A DNA stretch of 23,978 nucleotides from Caedimonas varicaedens (GTDB lineage Bacteria; Pseudomonadota; Alphaproteobacteria; Caedimonadales; Caedimonadaceae). The stretch covers positions 1-23,978 of the forward strand of contig BBVC01000008.1 in assembly GCA_001192655.1 (NCBI GenBank), written 5' to 3'. The notes beneath the pieces are model-generated. The model worked only from the letters and a program-made list of their open reading frames with translations. It was not told where the DNA came from and did not search any database. Made by a program: the position numbers and the translations under genes. Shown one piece after another: positions 15,724 through 23,978 of this stretch (its first letter is position 1; each line of letters opens with the position of its first letter).

Positions 15724-17417
15724 ACCATCAATCTTTTACGCCTTCTTTAGCCAGTTTGACTCGTGAACGTTTCAGTGTATCACTGAAACATGCCATGGAT
15801 GTGGCGCGAACGCGACTTTTGGTTGCGACGGCCATCTTCAGTTTTGGCATTTTGGTTATTGGTGGCAGGCTTTTTGAGTTGACCGTCATTCGTCATGGAG
15901 AAGAACCCTCTATTGCAGAACAGGATCTGACCTCAGGTTTGCGAACAGGCCGTGCTGATATTATAGATCGTCAGGGACAAATATTGGCAACGACTATTAC
16001 GACCTCTTCTCTTTATGCCAATGCAAAACAGATTATCAATGCGGAAGAAGCGGCACAAAAACTTTTGACAATATTGCCAAATTTGAACGTCAAAGATATT
16101 CTGAAGCGCTTGCAGTCGGATCGTCCTTTTATTTGGATTGCTCGTCATCTGACGCCTGTTCAGCGTCATGAAATTTTGCGTCTGGGGATTCCTGGTCTCA
16201 GTTTTATGCGTGACCAGCGACGCATCTATCCTCACGGACACCTGGTAGCCCATGTTCTGGGTTATACTGACATTGACAATCGGGGTATTGCCGGTATTGA
16301 AAAGGGAATGGATAGCGTTCTTTCTTCTCAGAATGAACCCTTACAACTCAGTCTTGATCTGAGGTTTCAGCATATTGTGCGTGATGAAGTTTTGAAAGGG
16401 ATGCGGGAATTTGGCGCTGCGGGTGGATGTGGCGCCATTATGGATATCCGTACAGGCGAAATTATTGCCATGAGCTCTCTTCCTGATTATGATCCCAACC
16501 ATCCAACGCAAGCCACGGAAGACGAACTTTTCAATAAAGTGACGCTGGGGACTTATGAAGTGGGTTCCATTATGAAGGTTGCCAATACGGCGCTTGCACT
16601 GGAGTCGGGCGTTGCAACCCTGGCAACAAAATTTGACGCAAGCCATCCCCTGAAGGTCGGGCGTTTTTCAATAACAGACTTTAAGGGAAAGAATAGATGG
16701 CTGAACCTCGCCGAAGTTTTCGTTTATTCTTCCAATATTGGCGCTGCCAAAATAGCTTTGGCGGCGGGGGCTGAAAAGCAACAGGCTTTTTTGAAAAAAT
16801 TAGGTTATTTTGATGCACCGTCTTTTGAGCTTCCTGAAGTTAGTACGCCCATTGTTCCCAAACGCTGGCGTGAAGCAACGACAATTACGGCCTCCTACGG
16901 ATACGGCTTTTCTGTTAGCCCTATTCAGGTTATGGCAAGTGTTGGAATATTGGCAGGGGGCGGAGAGCGTAAAAAACCAACCTTGCTTTTGAATCAGGGG
17001 GGGGTTCCAAAAGGAGAGCAAGTGATTTCTCGAGATATTTCACGGACGCTTCTTCAACTGATGCGATATGTAGTGACGGCGGGAACGTCGCGGAAGGCAA
17101 ACATTCCGGGTTATTATGTCTTTGCGAAATCAGGGACGGCTAATTTGCGAGTAGGCAGACATTATCAAACAGACCGCGTGATGGCAAATTTTGTTGCTGT
17201 ATTGGGTAAGACAATGGATGATCCACGTTATGTTATTTATGTGATGCTGGATGATCCAAAACGCTTGCAAAAAACTTACGGATACAATACTGCTGGTTGG
17301 AATGCGGCGCCTGTGGGTGGACGGATCATTGCCCGTATGGCGCCTATGATGGGGTTTGTTCCTTTTGAGCATGAATCGGAACCGCTTGACCCCTTTTTTC
17401 GTAACGTAAAATTTTAA
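15720..17417 (+). CDS. ftsI: peptidoglycan D,D-transpeptidase FtsI (PBP3)
   Basis: 565 aa with an N-terminal TM anchor and penicillin-binding motifs SxxK (GSIMK), SxN (YSSNIG) and KSG (AKSGTA). Confidence 0.9.
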   Translation: MNHQSFTPSLASLTRERFSVSLKHAMDVARTRLLVATAIFSFGILVIGGRLFELTVIRHGEEPSIAEQDLTSGLRTGRADIIDRQGQILATTITTSSLYANAKQIINAEEAAQKLLTILPNLNVKDILKRLQSDRPFIWIARHLTPVQRHEILRLGIPGLSFMRDQRRIYPHGHLVAHVLGYTDIDNRGIAGIEKGMDSVLSSQNEPLQLSLDLRFQHIVRDEVLKGMREFGAAGGCGAIMDIRTGEIIAMSSLPDYDPNHPTQATEDELFNKVTLGTYEVGSIMKVANTALALESGVATLATKFDASHPLKVGRFSITDFKGKNRWLNLAEVFVYSSNIGAAKIALAAGAEKQQAFLKKLGYFDAPSFELPEVSTPIVPKRWREATTITASYGYGFSVSPIQVMASVGILAGGGERKKPTLLLNQGGVPKGEQVISRDISRTLLQLMRYVVTAGTSRKANIPGYYVFAKSGTANLRVGRHYQTDRVMANFVAVLGKTMDDPRYVIYVMLDDPKRLQKTYGYNTAGWNAAPVGGRIIARMAPMMGFVPFEHESEPLDPFFRNVKF

Positions 17418-17427
17418 CTTTAACTGT

Positions 17428-18873
17428 ATGAATTTAATTGATTTTCTGAAACAACAGTCCTTCAAACTCAATCTGGAGAAAAATATTCTTGCCCAGATCA
17501 CGGGAACATTGAAGGTTGATTCCCGAACAATTGAACCTGGGGATGTTTATCTTGCATTGCCCCTGTTAAATGGCAATTCTCACGAGACCTATGTTAAGGA
17601 AGCGCAACAACGAGGAGCTGTCCTCATTCTGAACTTTCGGGATGAGGGGCGAAGATTTTGGGCAAAGTGGGCTAAAAATTGCTCTCCCCGTCAACCTGAA
17701 ACATGTGTGGGTGTCACGGGGACAAACGGCAAAAGCTCGGTCGTCAGTTTTACACGCCAACTATGGGAAGCGGCTGGTTTAAAAGCGGCTTCATTAGGGA
17801 CTTTGGGGCTTTCTTCACTGTCTTGTGGTGTTTCAGAGTTTCCTTTGGTCGGCTTGACGTCGCCTGATCCCATCACGCTTCATGAGTGTTTGAATGGTCT
17901 GGCAGGAAAAGAAGTACAACATCTGGCACTGGAAGTTTCAAGTCATGGTCTGGATCAGCACCGCCTGGATGAGGTGCAGTTTGCTGCTGCTGCCTTTATG
18001 AATCTTCATCATGAGCATCTCGATTATCACGGTAGTATGGGAAATTACTTCGCTGCAAAATGTCGATTATTTACGGAACTTTTGCCTGCTTCAGGAACGG
18101 CTATTTTGAATAGGGATAATCATTATGGTCAGAAATTGGGGAAAATATGTGCTGAAAGAGGGCAATCTATCCTGTGGTTTGGTCGTAAAGAGGGAGATAT
18201 AAATCTTGCACATCTTCAGGCACATCCCAAAGGACTTATTCTGGATGTGAGCGTATTGGAGAAAACAGTGAGGGTAGATATTCCCCTGATTGGTGCTTTT
18301 CAAGCTGAAAACGTGCTGGCGGCTTTAGGGCTTGTCGTTGGTTCAGGGATGAAGCCAGAACAGGCTATTGAGGGCTTGAAACATCTCAGAAGTGTTCCAG
18401 GGAGAATGGAGCCCGTGGGTCAGACCCTTTCAGGAGGATTAGTTTTTGTCGATTACGCACATAAACCTTACGCTTTAGAAAATGTGCTGAAATCTGTAAG
18501 AGCGCATATCTCCGGAAAAGTTTTGGTGGTTTTTGGATGTGGGGGTAATCGAGATACGGCAAAAAGAAAGATGATGGGTGCTATTGCGGCTCAATGGGCA
18601 GACGAAGTCATCGTCACGGATGACAACCCCCGACAAGAGAAAGCATCTGATATACGGGCAGAAATTCTACGTGGATGCCCGGGGGCAGAGGAGATCTGTT
18701 CCCGACGGGAAGCTATTGCCTATGGATTAAAGCGTCTCAATAGGGGAGATGTGTGTATCATTGCGGGGAAAGGGCATGAACAGGGACAGATTATGGGTTC
18801 TGTCGTGTTGCCTTTTGATGATCGAGAAGTGGCCAGAGAGTTGTTAAGGATCGAGGGAGGAGAAGCAGCATGA
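17428..18873 (+). CDS. murE: UDP-N-acetylmuramoyl-L-alanyl-D-glutamate--2,6-diaminopimelate ligase
   Basis: 481 aa with the Mur ligase P-loop GVTGTNGKSS and the DAP-specificity DNPR motif (TDDNPRQE). It holds the expected dcw position. Confidence 0.92.
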   Translation: MNLIDFLKQQSFKLNLEKNILAQITGTLKVDSRTIEPGDVYLALPLLNGNSHETYVKEAQQRGAVLILNFRDEGRRFWAKWAKNCSPRQPETCVGVTGTNGKSSVVSFTRQLWEAAGLKAASLGTLGLSSLSCGVSEFPLVGLTSPDPITLHECLNGLAGKEVQHLALEVSSHGLDQHRLDEVQFAAAAFMNLHHEHLDYHGSMGNYFAAKCRLFTELLPASGTAILNRDNHYGQKLGKICAERGQSILWFGRKEGDINLAHLQAHPKGLILDVSVLEKTVRVDIPLIGAFQAENVLAALGLVVGSGMKPEQAIEGLKHLRSVPGRMEPVGQTLSGGLVFVDYAHKPYALENVLKSVRAHISGKVLVVFGCGGNRDTAKRKMMGAIAAQWADEVIVTDDNPRQEKASDIRAEILRGCPGAEEICSRREAIAYGLKRLNRGDVCIIAGKGHEQGQIMGSVVLPFDDREVARELLRIEGGEAA

Positions 18874-20297
18874 CTGTTTTATGGCGTCGCGAAGAAGTAG
18901 AAGCTGCTTTGGGAGTACAGGCAACGGGAGATTTTGAAGCAACAGGTGTTATCCTGGACTCTCGTGAACTTTCAGCAGGCGATCTTTTTATCGCGCTCAA
19001 AGGACCTCATCATGATGGCGCCCAATATGCGACCCAGGCTTTTGAAAAAGGCGCAGCAGCAGCTATTTTACCTGAAGGGGTTTCCTATTTTGAGCAAGGG
19101 TCGTGCCTTTATGTCAAGGATACACTGAAAGCGCTTTGTGATCTTGCAGGAGCAGCGCGATCGCGATCATCCGCAAAAATTATTGGTATCACGGGGAGTT
19201 TTGGTAAAACCAGCACAAAGGATGCTCTTCGTCTTATTTTGGAAAAACAGAGTTCTGTGACAGCGAATACGCGCAGCTTTAATAATCATTGGGGTGTGCC
19301 TTTTACGCTGGCAAATCTAAAGCCGCAAGATGCGTACGGTATTATTGAAATGGGAATGAATCACACAGGGGAAATTGACGTCTCTTCCAGACTTGCCCGA
19401 CCGCATGTGGCTTTGGTGACAAATATTCGTGAGATGCACATGGAAGCTTTGGGTTCTCTTGAAGCGATTGCTGATGCAAAATGCGAAATTTTTGAAGGGA
19501 TGTCTCCAGGCGGGAAAGCTGTTCTCAACACGGATGACAGGATGTTTGAGCGTGCATTGAAGACAGCCCAACGACATCAATTAGAGATTATCTCTTTTGG
19601 AAAAGCGCCCTCTGCAACCTTGCGTTTGCAAGAGTGCTGGCAGGAAAAAAACCAATTGTTTATCAGGGCGATTCTTGCAGGCCAACTCAGGGAATTTTCT
19701 CTGGTGGGGATGGGTGAACATTGGGCTTGCAACAGTCTTGGGGTATTGGGTGTCATTCATGCTTTGGGTCTTGATATGGATTCAGCTATTCAGATTTTAC
19801 AGACCTATCAATTGCCGGAAGGGCGTGGCGTTCAGCATCGCATTTCCTACCGAGGTGGCGAAATCCTTTTAATTGATGAAAGTTATAATGCTGGTCCTGA
19901 TTCCATGCGGGCAGCTCTGAACGTTTTAAGAAAAGCAGAGCTTCAGGAACAAAGTCGTCGTATTGCTATTTTAGGAGATATGCGTGAGTTGGGTGAACGT
20001 GCTATTCAGCAGCATCAGAGTCTGAGAGATATCCTTCTTGACAATAAAATCGATCTTGTTTTTACATGCGGCATTTTGATGAAGCACCTGTATGATATTC
20101 TCCCGTCTTCCATGAGGGCAGGGCATACAGAAGAAGTTGCAGATCTGATCCCTCTTGTCCTTCAGACCATTCAACCCGGAGATATTGTGATGAGTAAGGG
20201 ATCAAAAGGACAATATGCACAACGGGGACGAATGTATGGATTTGTGGAGGCTATATTAAAAGCCGGGAATATGAGCCTGTCTCACCATGGGATATAG
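18870..20297 (+). CDS. murF: UDP-N-acetylmuramoyl-tripeptide--D-alanyl-D-alanine ligase
   Basis: 475 aa with the P-loop GITGSFGKTSTK and Mur ligase middle and C-terminal domains. It overlaps murE by 4 nt. Confidence 0.92.
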   Translation: MTVLWRREEVEAALGVQATGDFEATGVILDSRELSAGDLFIALKGPHHDGAQYATQAFEKGAAAAILPEGVSYFEQGSCLYVKDTLKALCDLAGAARSRSSAKIIGITGSFGKTSTKDALRLILEKQSSVTANTRSFNNHWGVPFTLANLKPQDAYGIIEMGMNHTGEIDVSSRLARPHVALVTNIREMHMEALGSLEAIADAKCEIFEGMSPGGKAVLNTDDRMFERALKTAQRHQLEIISFGKAPSATLRLQECWQEKNQLFIRAILAGQLREFSLVGMGEHWACNSLGVLGVIHALGLDMDSAIQILQTYQLPEGRGVQHRISYRGGEILLIDESYNAGPDSMRAALNVLRKAELQEQSRRIAILGDMRELGERAIQQHQSLRDILLDNKIDLVFTCGILMKHLYDILPSSMRAGHTEEVADLIPLVLQTIQPGDIVMSKGSKGQYAQRGRMYGFVEAILKAGNMSLSHHGI

Positions 20298-20303
20298 AAA
20301 TCA

Positions 20304-21392
20304 ATGTTTTATTATTTTTTGACGCCTCTTGCTCATGAGTATGCCATTTTTAATCTTTTCCGTTATATCACCTTTCGGGCAGGTGGGGCGCTATTGACAG
20401 CACTGCTTCTCAGTTTCTGTTTAGGACCTTCCTTTATTAAATGGTTGAGAAAGAAACAGCGGGAAGGTCAGCCTATTCGTGAAGATGGTCCAGCCTCTCA
20501 TTTATTGACCAAGAAAGGCACTCCTACAATGGGGGGCGCTTTAATACTGATTTCCCTCGTTTTGACTACATTGTTATGGGGACAACTGGGGAATGTTTAT
20601 GTATGGGCCGTGCTGGGTGTAACGCTGGGATTTGGTCTTTTGGGAGGCATAGATGATTATCTCAAACTCACTAAGCAGAATTCGAAAGGCTTATCAGGGA
20701 AATTGAAGCTTCTGGGACAAATTGTCATTTCAGGATTGGCGCTTTGGGCAATTCTGGCGGTATCTCCCCAAAGTCTTTCATGCAAGCTTGCTCTTCCTTT
20801 TTTTAAAAGCGTCCTGCTTGATTTGGGATGGTTTTTTATTCCGTTTGCCTTATGCGTCATTGTTGGTTCATCAAATGCTGTGAATTTAACAGATGGTTTG
20901 GATGGACTTGCCATTGGTTCCATTATGATTGTTGCGGGATGTTTTGCCCTTATTTCCTATCTTGTCGGTAATAGTGTTTTTGCTAATTATCTGCAAATTC
21001 ATTTTGTCCCAGGGTCTGGAGAGCTGGCCATTATCTGTACGGCTATGGTTGGAGCTGGACTGGGATTTCTCTGGTTTAACGCACCACCGGCCCAAGTATT
21101 TATGGGTGATACGGGTTCCTTGTCTATGGGGGGCGCTTTAGGGATGATGAGTGTTATTACGCGACATGAGCTTGTTCTTTTGATTATTGGAGGGCTTTTT
21201 GTGATTGAGACTCTCTCTGTTATTCTTCAGGTGGCTTCCTTTAAAATAAGGGGGCAGCGCATTTTTCTGATGGCGCCCATTCATCATCACTTTGAGAAGA
21301 AGGGATGGGCTGAACAAACAATCGTGATCCGATTCTGGATTGTTGCGATTATTTTTGCGCTTATGGGGTTATCTACCCTTAAGTTAAGGTAA
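20304..21392 (+). CDS. mraY: phospho-N-acetylmuramoyl-pentapeptide transferase
   Basis: 362 aa, polytopic membrane protein with [20 protein letters not shown] and APIHHHFE motifs. Confidence 0.95.
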   Translation: MFYYFLTPLAHEYAIFNLFRYITFRAGGALLTALLLSFCLGPSFIKWLRKKQREGQPIREDGPASHLLTKKGTPTMGGALILISLVLTTLLWGQLGNVYVWAVLGVTLGFGLLGGIDDYLKLTKQNSKGLSGKLKLLGQIVISGLALWAILAVSPQSLSCKLALPFFKSVLLDLGWFFIPFALCVIVGSSNAVNLTDGLDGLAIGSIMIVAGCFALISYLVGNSVFANYLQIHFVPGSGELAIICTAMVGAGLGFLWFNAPPAQVFMGDTGSLSMGGALGMMSVITRHELVLLIIGGLFVIETLSVILQVASFKIRGQRIFLMAPIHHHFEKKGWAEQTIVIRFWIVAIIFALMGLSTLKLR

Positions 21393-21398
21393 AGCAGG

Positions 21399-22763
21399 AT
21401 GATTATTATATCTTCCGCACAAGGACGTCGTTATGTTGTGATGGGGCTTGGTATCAGCGGCATGGCGACAGTGCGGTCGCTTCAGGCATCACAAGCGGAA
21501 GTATGGGCATGGGATGATCGAGAGGAGTTAAGGGCGCAGGCAATCTCGACAGGGATTGCTGTGCGCTCTCTGGAGAATATGGATTGGACTTCTCTGACAG
21601 CTCTTGTTTTAAGTCCTGGCATTCCCCATCTGTATCCAGCTCCTCATTTCAGTGCTCTCAAAGCCCGGGAAGCAAACATTCCCATTATCTGTGATATTGA
21701 TCTTTTGGCGCAAGCTCAGCCTCATGCGCGCTATATAGGCATTACAGGTACAAATGGGAAATCAACGACGACTGCGCTGATAGGTCACCTTTTGAAAACT
21801 GCAGGACAGATTCATCAGGTAGGAGGCAATATAGGGACTTCCGCTCTCGCCCTTGATCCCCTTAAAGAGGGAGAAACTTACGTTGTTGAGCTTTCTTCCT
21901 ATCAACTTGAACGAGTTCCTCATCTCGAATTGGATATTGCGATCCTTCTCAATATAACATCGGATCATTTGGCGCGTCATGGGGGAGTAGAAGGCTATAT
22001 TGCTGCGAAAAAAAGTATCTTTGAACGGGCAGGAAAAAATTTCAAGGGGGTCATTGGCATAGATGATCCTTATTGTCGGGTCATTTATGAAGAGCTAAAG
22101 ACAAAATATCCGATTATTCCAGTCTCTACCCAGACATGTCAGGATATTTATGTAAAGGACAAGATTCTTTATGATCAGGGGCAAGCTGTCCTTGATTTAT
22201 CTGACAATTCTTTTCTGCCTGGACTTCATAACGCTCAAAATATTGTAGCGGCCTATGCTGCAGGAAAATTAGCGGGGATCAGCCGCACGAATCTTGCTCA
22301 AGGTATACAAACTTTCAAGGGGTTGGCGCATCGCCTGGAATTGATAGGTCAATTGGAAGGTGTACAATTTATTAATGACAGCAAGGCAACGAATGCAGAA
22401 GCTGTTGCCAGGGCGCTTGTGTGCTTTGATAACATTTACTGGATTTTAGGGGGGCAAGCAAAAGAAGGTGGATTAACAGGGCTGGAAGCTTTTTTCCCGC
22501 GCATCAAACATGCTTTTCTGATTGGAGAGGCAAGTCAGGAGTTTGAGCTTTTTTTGAAAGGGAAAGTTCCTGTGACATCTTGTGGCACGCTGGAAAATGC
22601 GACGCTGGAAGCTTTCAAAAAAGCCAGGGAAGACTCTGAAAATCCTGTGGTTTTACTTTCACCATCTTGTGCTAGCTGGGATCAGTTCAGAAATTTTGAA
22701 CACCGCGGACAAGTCTTTAGGGAAGTCTTTCAAAGTTTAGAGGCAAATGTTATTCCGTCATGA
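21399..22763 (+). CDS. murD: UDP-N-acetylmuramoylalanine--D-glutamate ligase
   Basis: 454 aa with an N-terminal Rossmann-like GLGISGMA and the P-loop GITGTNGKSTT. It holds the expected dcw position after mraY. Confidence 0.92.
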   Translation: MIIISSAQGRRYVVMGLGISGMATVRSLQASQAEVWAWDDREELRAQAISTGIAVRSLENMDWTSLTALVLSPGIPHLYPAPHFSALKAREANIPIICDIDLLAQAQPHARYIGITGTNGKSTTTALIGHLLKTAGQIHQVGGNIGTSALALDPLKEGETYVVELSSYQLERVPHLELDIAILLNITSDHLARHGGVEGYIAAKKSIFERAGKNFKGVIGIDDPYCRVIYEELKTKYPIIPVSTQTCQDIYVKDKILYDQGQAVLDLSDNSFLPGLHNAQNIVAAYAAGKLAGISRTNLAQGIQTFKGLAHRLELIGQLEGVQFINDSKATNAEAVARALVCFDNIYWILGGQAKEGGLTGLEAFFPRIKHAFLIGEASQEFELFLKGKVPVTSCGTLENATLEAFKKAREDSENPVVLLSPSCASWDQFRNFEHRGQVFREVFQSLEANVIPS

Positions 22764-22814
22764 GCTTGAGGAGAGAAAAAGACCAGGCAACCGATTTTCT
22801 GTTTGTGGGTGCTT

Positions 22815-23590
22815 TTAAGAAACAACAGCAGCAAAAGTCCAAACACCCACATAAACGAGATAAAGAGTAACGATAATCACGGCGAGCAGGCCATTAATCG
22901 TGCGCGCTTTTTTGAGCCCCATATCCTTTAGTAAGTCGTGAATCAGGATAAAGGATAAAATAGAAAGAACAATGACACAAAATGTGGCTGCCTGGATAGC
23001 ATCATAGAGCGTGAACAGAGATGTGAAGGGAAGCTTTTGATCCAGAACGTACTTATTACCTACTGCTGTAAAGATACTGCCCAGTGAAAGATTGGCGCGT
23101 GCATTAATATTTCCAGGATCGACAAAAAATATCATGGCGCAGAGGAAAAATGCAACAAAAAAGCCTATAAAATAATTAAAATAAGAACGCCATCCTTCTC
23201 TTTTAATATCGATGTGAAAGGTGAGTCTTGCATATTTCCCATTCTTTACAGAAGTATCCCCAAAATTTGTAGCATAACTTGTCATAGATTTTTCAAGTTT
23301 CAAACCTTCCACTTGCCATCCTGGAAGAACGAGTTCCTTATGAAGATGGCTTTGCAGGATATCTGGTTCAAAAATAACATAGTGAGCATCCTGGAAATCT
23401 TCCAGTTTTACTTCCAGAATTTGACGGTCAAAAGGAAAAAAACGAGTATCCCAATTTTTTTGTACGGTCGCGTAGTAATGAACGTAAGTAAAATACTCAT
23501 TATCATTTTTACCTTTTCTTCCAAATTTAGAGTAATAGTGTTAGCGTCGGAGGTAAAATGATACAGATCATCGGTTGAATTTTGATACAC
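22815..23590 (-). pseudogene. pentameric ligand-gated ion channel (prokaryotic Cys-loop family) remnant, 5'-truncated and frameshifted
   Basis: The frame of the 165-aa track ORF is open upstream to 23540 with no start codon. There it encodes the beta6-beta7 loop signature FFPFDRQILEVKL, then LPGWQVEG, then a pre-M1 Arg and M1 (REGWRSYFNYFIGFFVAFF). M2 follows as ARANLSLGSIFTAV, then LPFTSLFTLYD, M3 and M4. A TAA at 23543..23541 breaks this frame. Upstream extracellular-domain-like sequence (VYQNSTDDLYHFTSDANTITLN) continues in another frame. Only about 60 residues precede FPFD, where about 120 or more are expected. Confidence 0.65.
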
Positions 23591-23978
23591 CCACGCATTA
23601 ACTCCTTTTCAAAGGAGTTTAGGAATAATGATTCAGTGGGAACAAACGATGGAAATAAAAATATTACGCCGACAAGGCAAGAGTCTAAGAAGGATCGCTC
23701 ATGAGGTTGGTATGGCCGTGAATACAGTTCGTAAATATCTCCAACATGAAGGCAGACCTTTTTATAAGAAGAGAAAAACGGTTGAGACTAAACTTGATCC
23801 ATATAAACCTTATTTGCAAGAAAGGGTCAAACAGGCTCGCCCTTTTTGTCTTCCTGCAACGGTTTTGCTACGGGAGATACGCGATCAAGGATATAGGGGT
23901 GGCGTGACACAATTAAGGTTATATCTGAATTCTTTAACCCCTGTGGTCTGTGAGGAAGTCGTTAGATTTGAAACAGAA
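23591..23978 (+). mobile_element. IS21-family insertion sequence, left part (left boundary not resolved, runs off the window)
   Basis: Contains the istA 5' region. The adjacent pLGIC gene loses its 5' end here. The exact terminal inverted repeat was not identified. A 9-bp perfect inverted repeat AACTCCTTT/AAAGGAGTT (23601..23620) overlaps the istA Shine-Dalgarno. Confidence 0.6.
23638..23978 (+). CDS. istA: IS21-family transposase IstA, N-terminal part (partial, continues beyond the window)
   Basis: Not in the supplied ORF track because it has no stop in the window. My translation is MIQWEQTMEIKILRRQGKSLRRIAHEVGMAVNTVRKYLQHEGRPFYKKRKTVETKLDPYKPYLQERVKQARPFCLPATVLLREIRDQGYRGGVTQLRLYLNSLTPVVCEEVVRFETE. 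It shows the IstA HTH (S.R.IA...G...NTVRKYL) and the KLDP.KPYL / GY.GG...L / RFET pattern. AAGGAG lies at 23613..23618. Confidence 0.85.

Noticed and set aside
1122-21980. All remaining short track ORFs nested in or antisense to the annotated genes. Examples are 1122..1319, 1798..2061, 4794..5036, 5521..5733, 6001..6210, 6318..6539, 8635..8944, 10353..10577, 11344..12106, 14140..14717, 15116..15409, 15933..17021, 17130..17501, 17566..18303, 18791..19128, 19317..20174, 20657..21141 and 21762..21980.
   Set aside because: Each lies within a longer ORF that has clear family motifs and correct operon context. They are alternative-frame or antisense artefacts.
23214-23561. 115-aa plus-strand ORF and the 60-aa minus-strand ORF 23408..23590
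   Set aside because: The plus-strand ORF is antisense to the channel pseudogene. The 60-aa minus-strand ORF is only partly genuine: its first 25 or so residues look like channel extracellular domain, and the rest is out-of-frame read-through of the same pseudogene.
23601-23620. Perfect 9-bp inverted repeat AACTCCTTT TC AAAGGAGTT as a terminator or IS end
   Set aside because: Its 2-nt centre is too tight for a simple hairpin and no T-run follows. Its right arm is the istA Shine-Dalgarno. It may be an IS21 translational control feature, but I cannot support a specific call.
1-23978. Defence or other novel multi-gene systems, including CRISPR arrays, restriction-modification, toxin-antitoxin pairs, retrons and secretion loci
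   Set aside because: There are no spaced direct-repeat arrays. Every ORF longer than about 120 aa is accounted for by a housekeeping family, an IS, or one of the three accessory genes described. Nothing supports a new system beyond the recoding and repeat observations.

Overview
This window is mostly core-genome sequence with alphaproteobacterial gene order, and I found no convincing novel multi-gene system such as a defence island, CRISPR array or toxin-antitoxin pair. It has three housekeeping blocks.

- **Fatty-acid block, minus strand:** fabD-fabG-acpP-fabF-mltG, with a divergent LysR-family regulator.
- **Translation block, plus strand:** rimP-nusA-infB-rbfA.
- **Cell-wall block, plus strand:** the proximal half of the dcw cluster, mraZ-rsmH-ftsL-ftsI-murE-murF-mraY-murD.

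The blocks are joined or bounded by mobile-element debris. A decayed IS5-family transposase remnant lies between rbfA and mraZ. The start of an IS21-family element (istA 5' part, not in the supplied ORF track) runs off the right edge. The left edge carries two accessory genes, a short kinase-like ORF and a patatin-like phospholipase. Next to the IS21 element is a 5'-truncated, frameshifted pentameric ligand-gated ion channel (pLGIC) gene.

Observations worth a second look:

1. The patatin gene and the essential infB gene are each interrupted 11 codons after a good ATG. Both breaks sit at an A8 run that is a canonical -1 slippery heptamer (A_AAA_AAG followed by TAG, and A_AAA_AAA). One extra A or a -1 shift restores a conserved N-terminus in both. 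This is either a homopolymer sequencing error or slippage-dependent expression.
2. Five helically phased (T/C)CCAT repeats plus one inverted copy lie just upstream of mraZ and look like a MraZ operator.
3. Two related imperfect-palindromic elements of about 100 nt inflate the intergenic spacers on either side of nusA.
4. A 465-nt non-coding stretch with two terminator-like hairpins precedes rimP.
5. Synteny breaks at IS sequences on both sides of the half dcw cluster.

IS load, pseudogenes and effector-like accessory genes suggest a host-associated alphaproteobacterium, but that is inference only.
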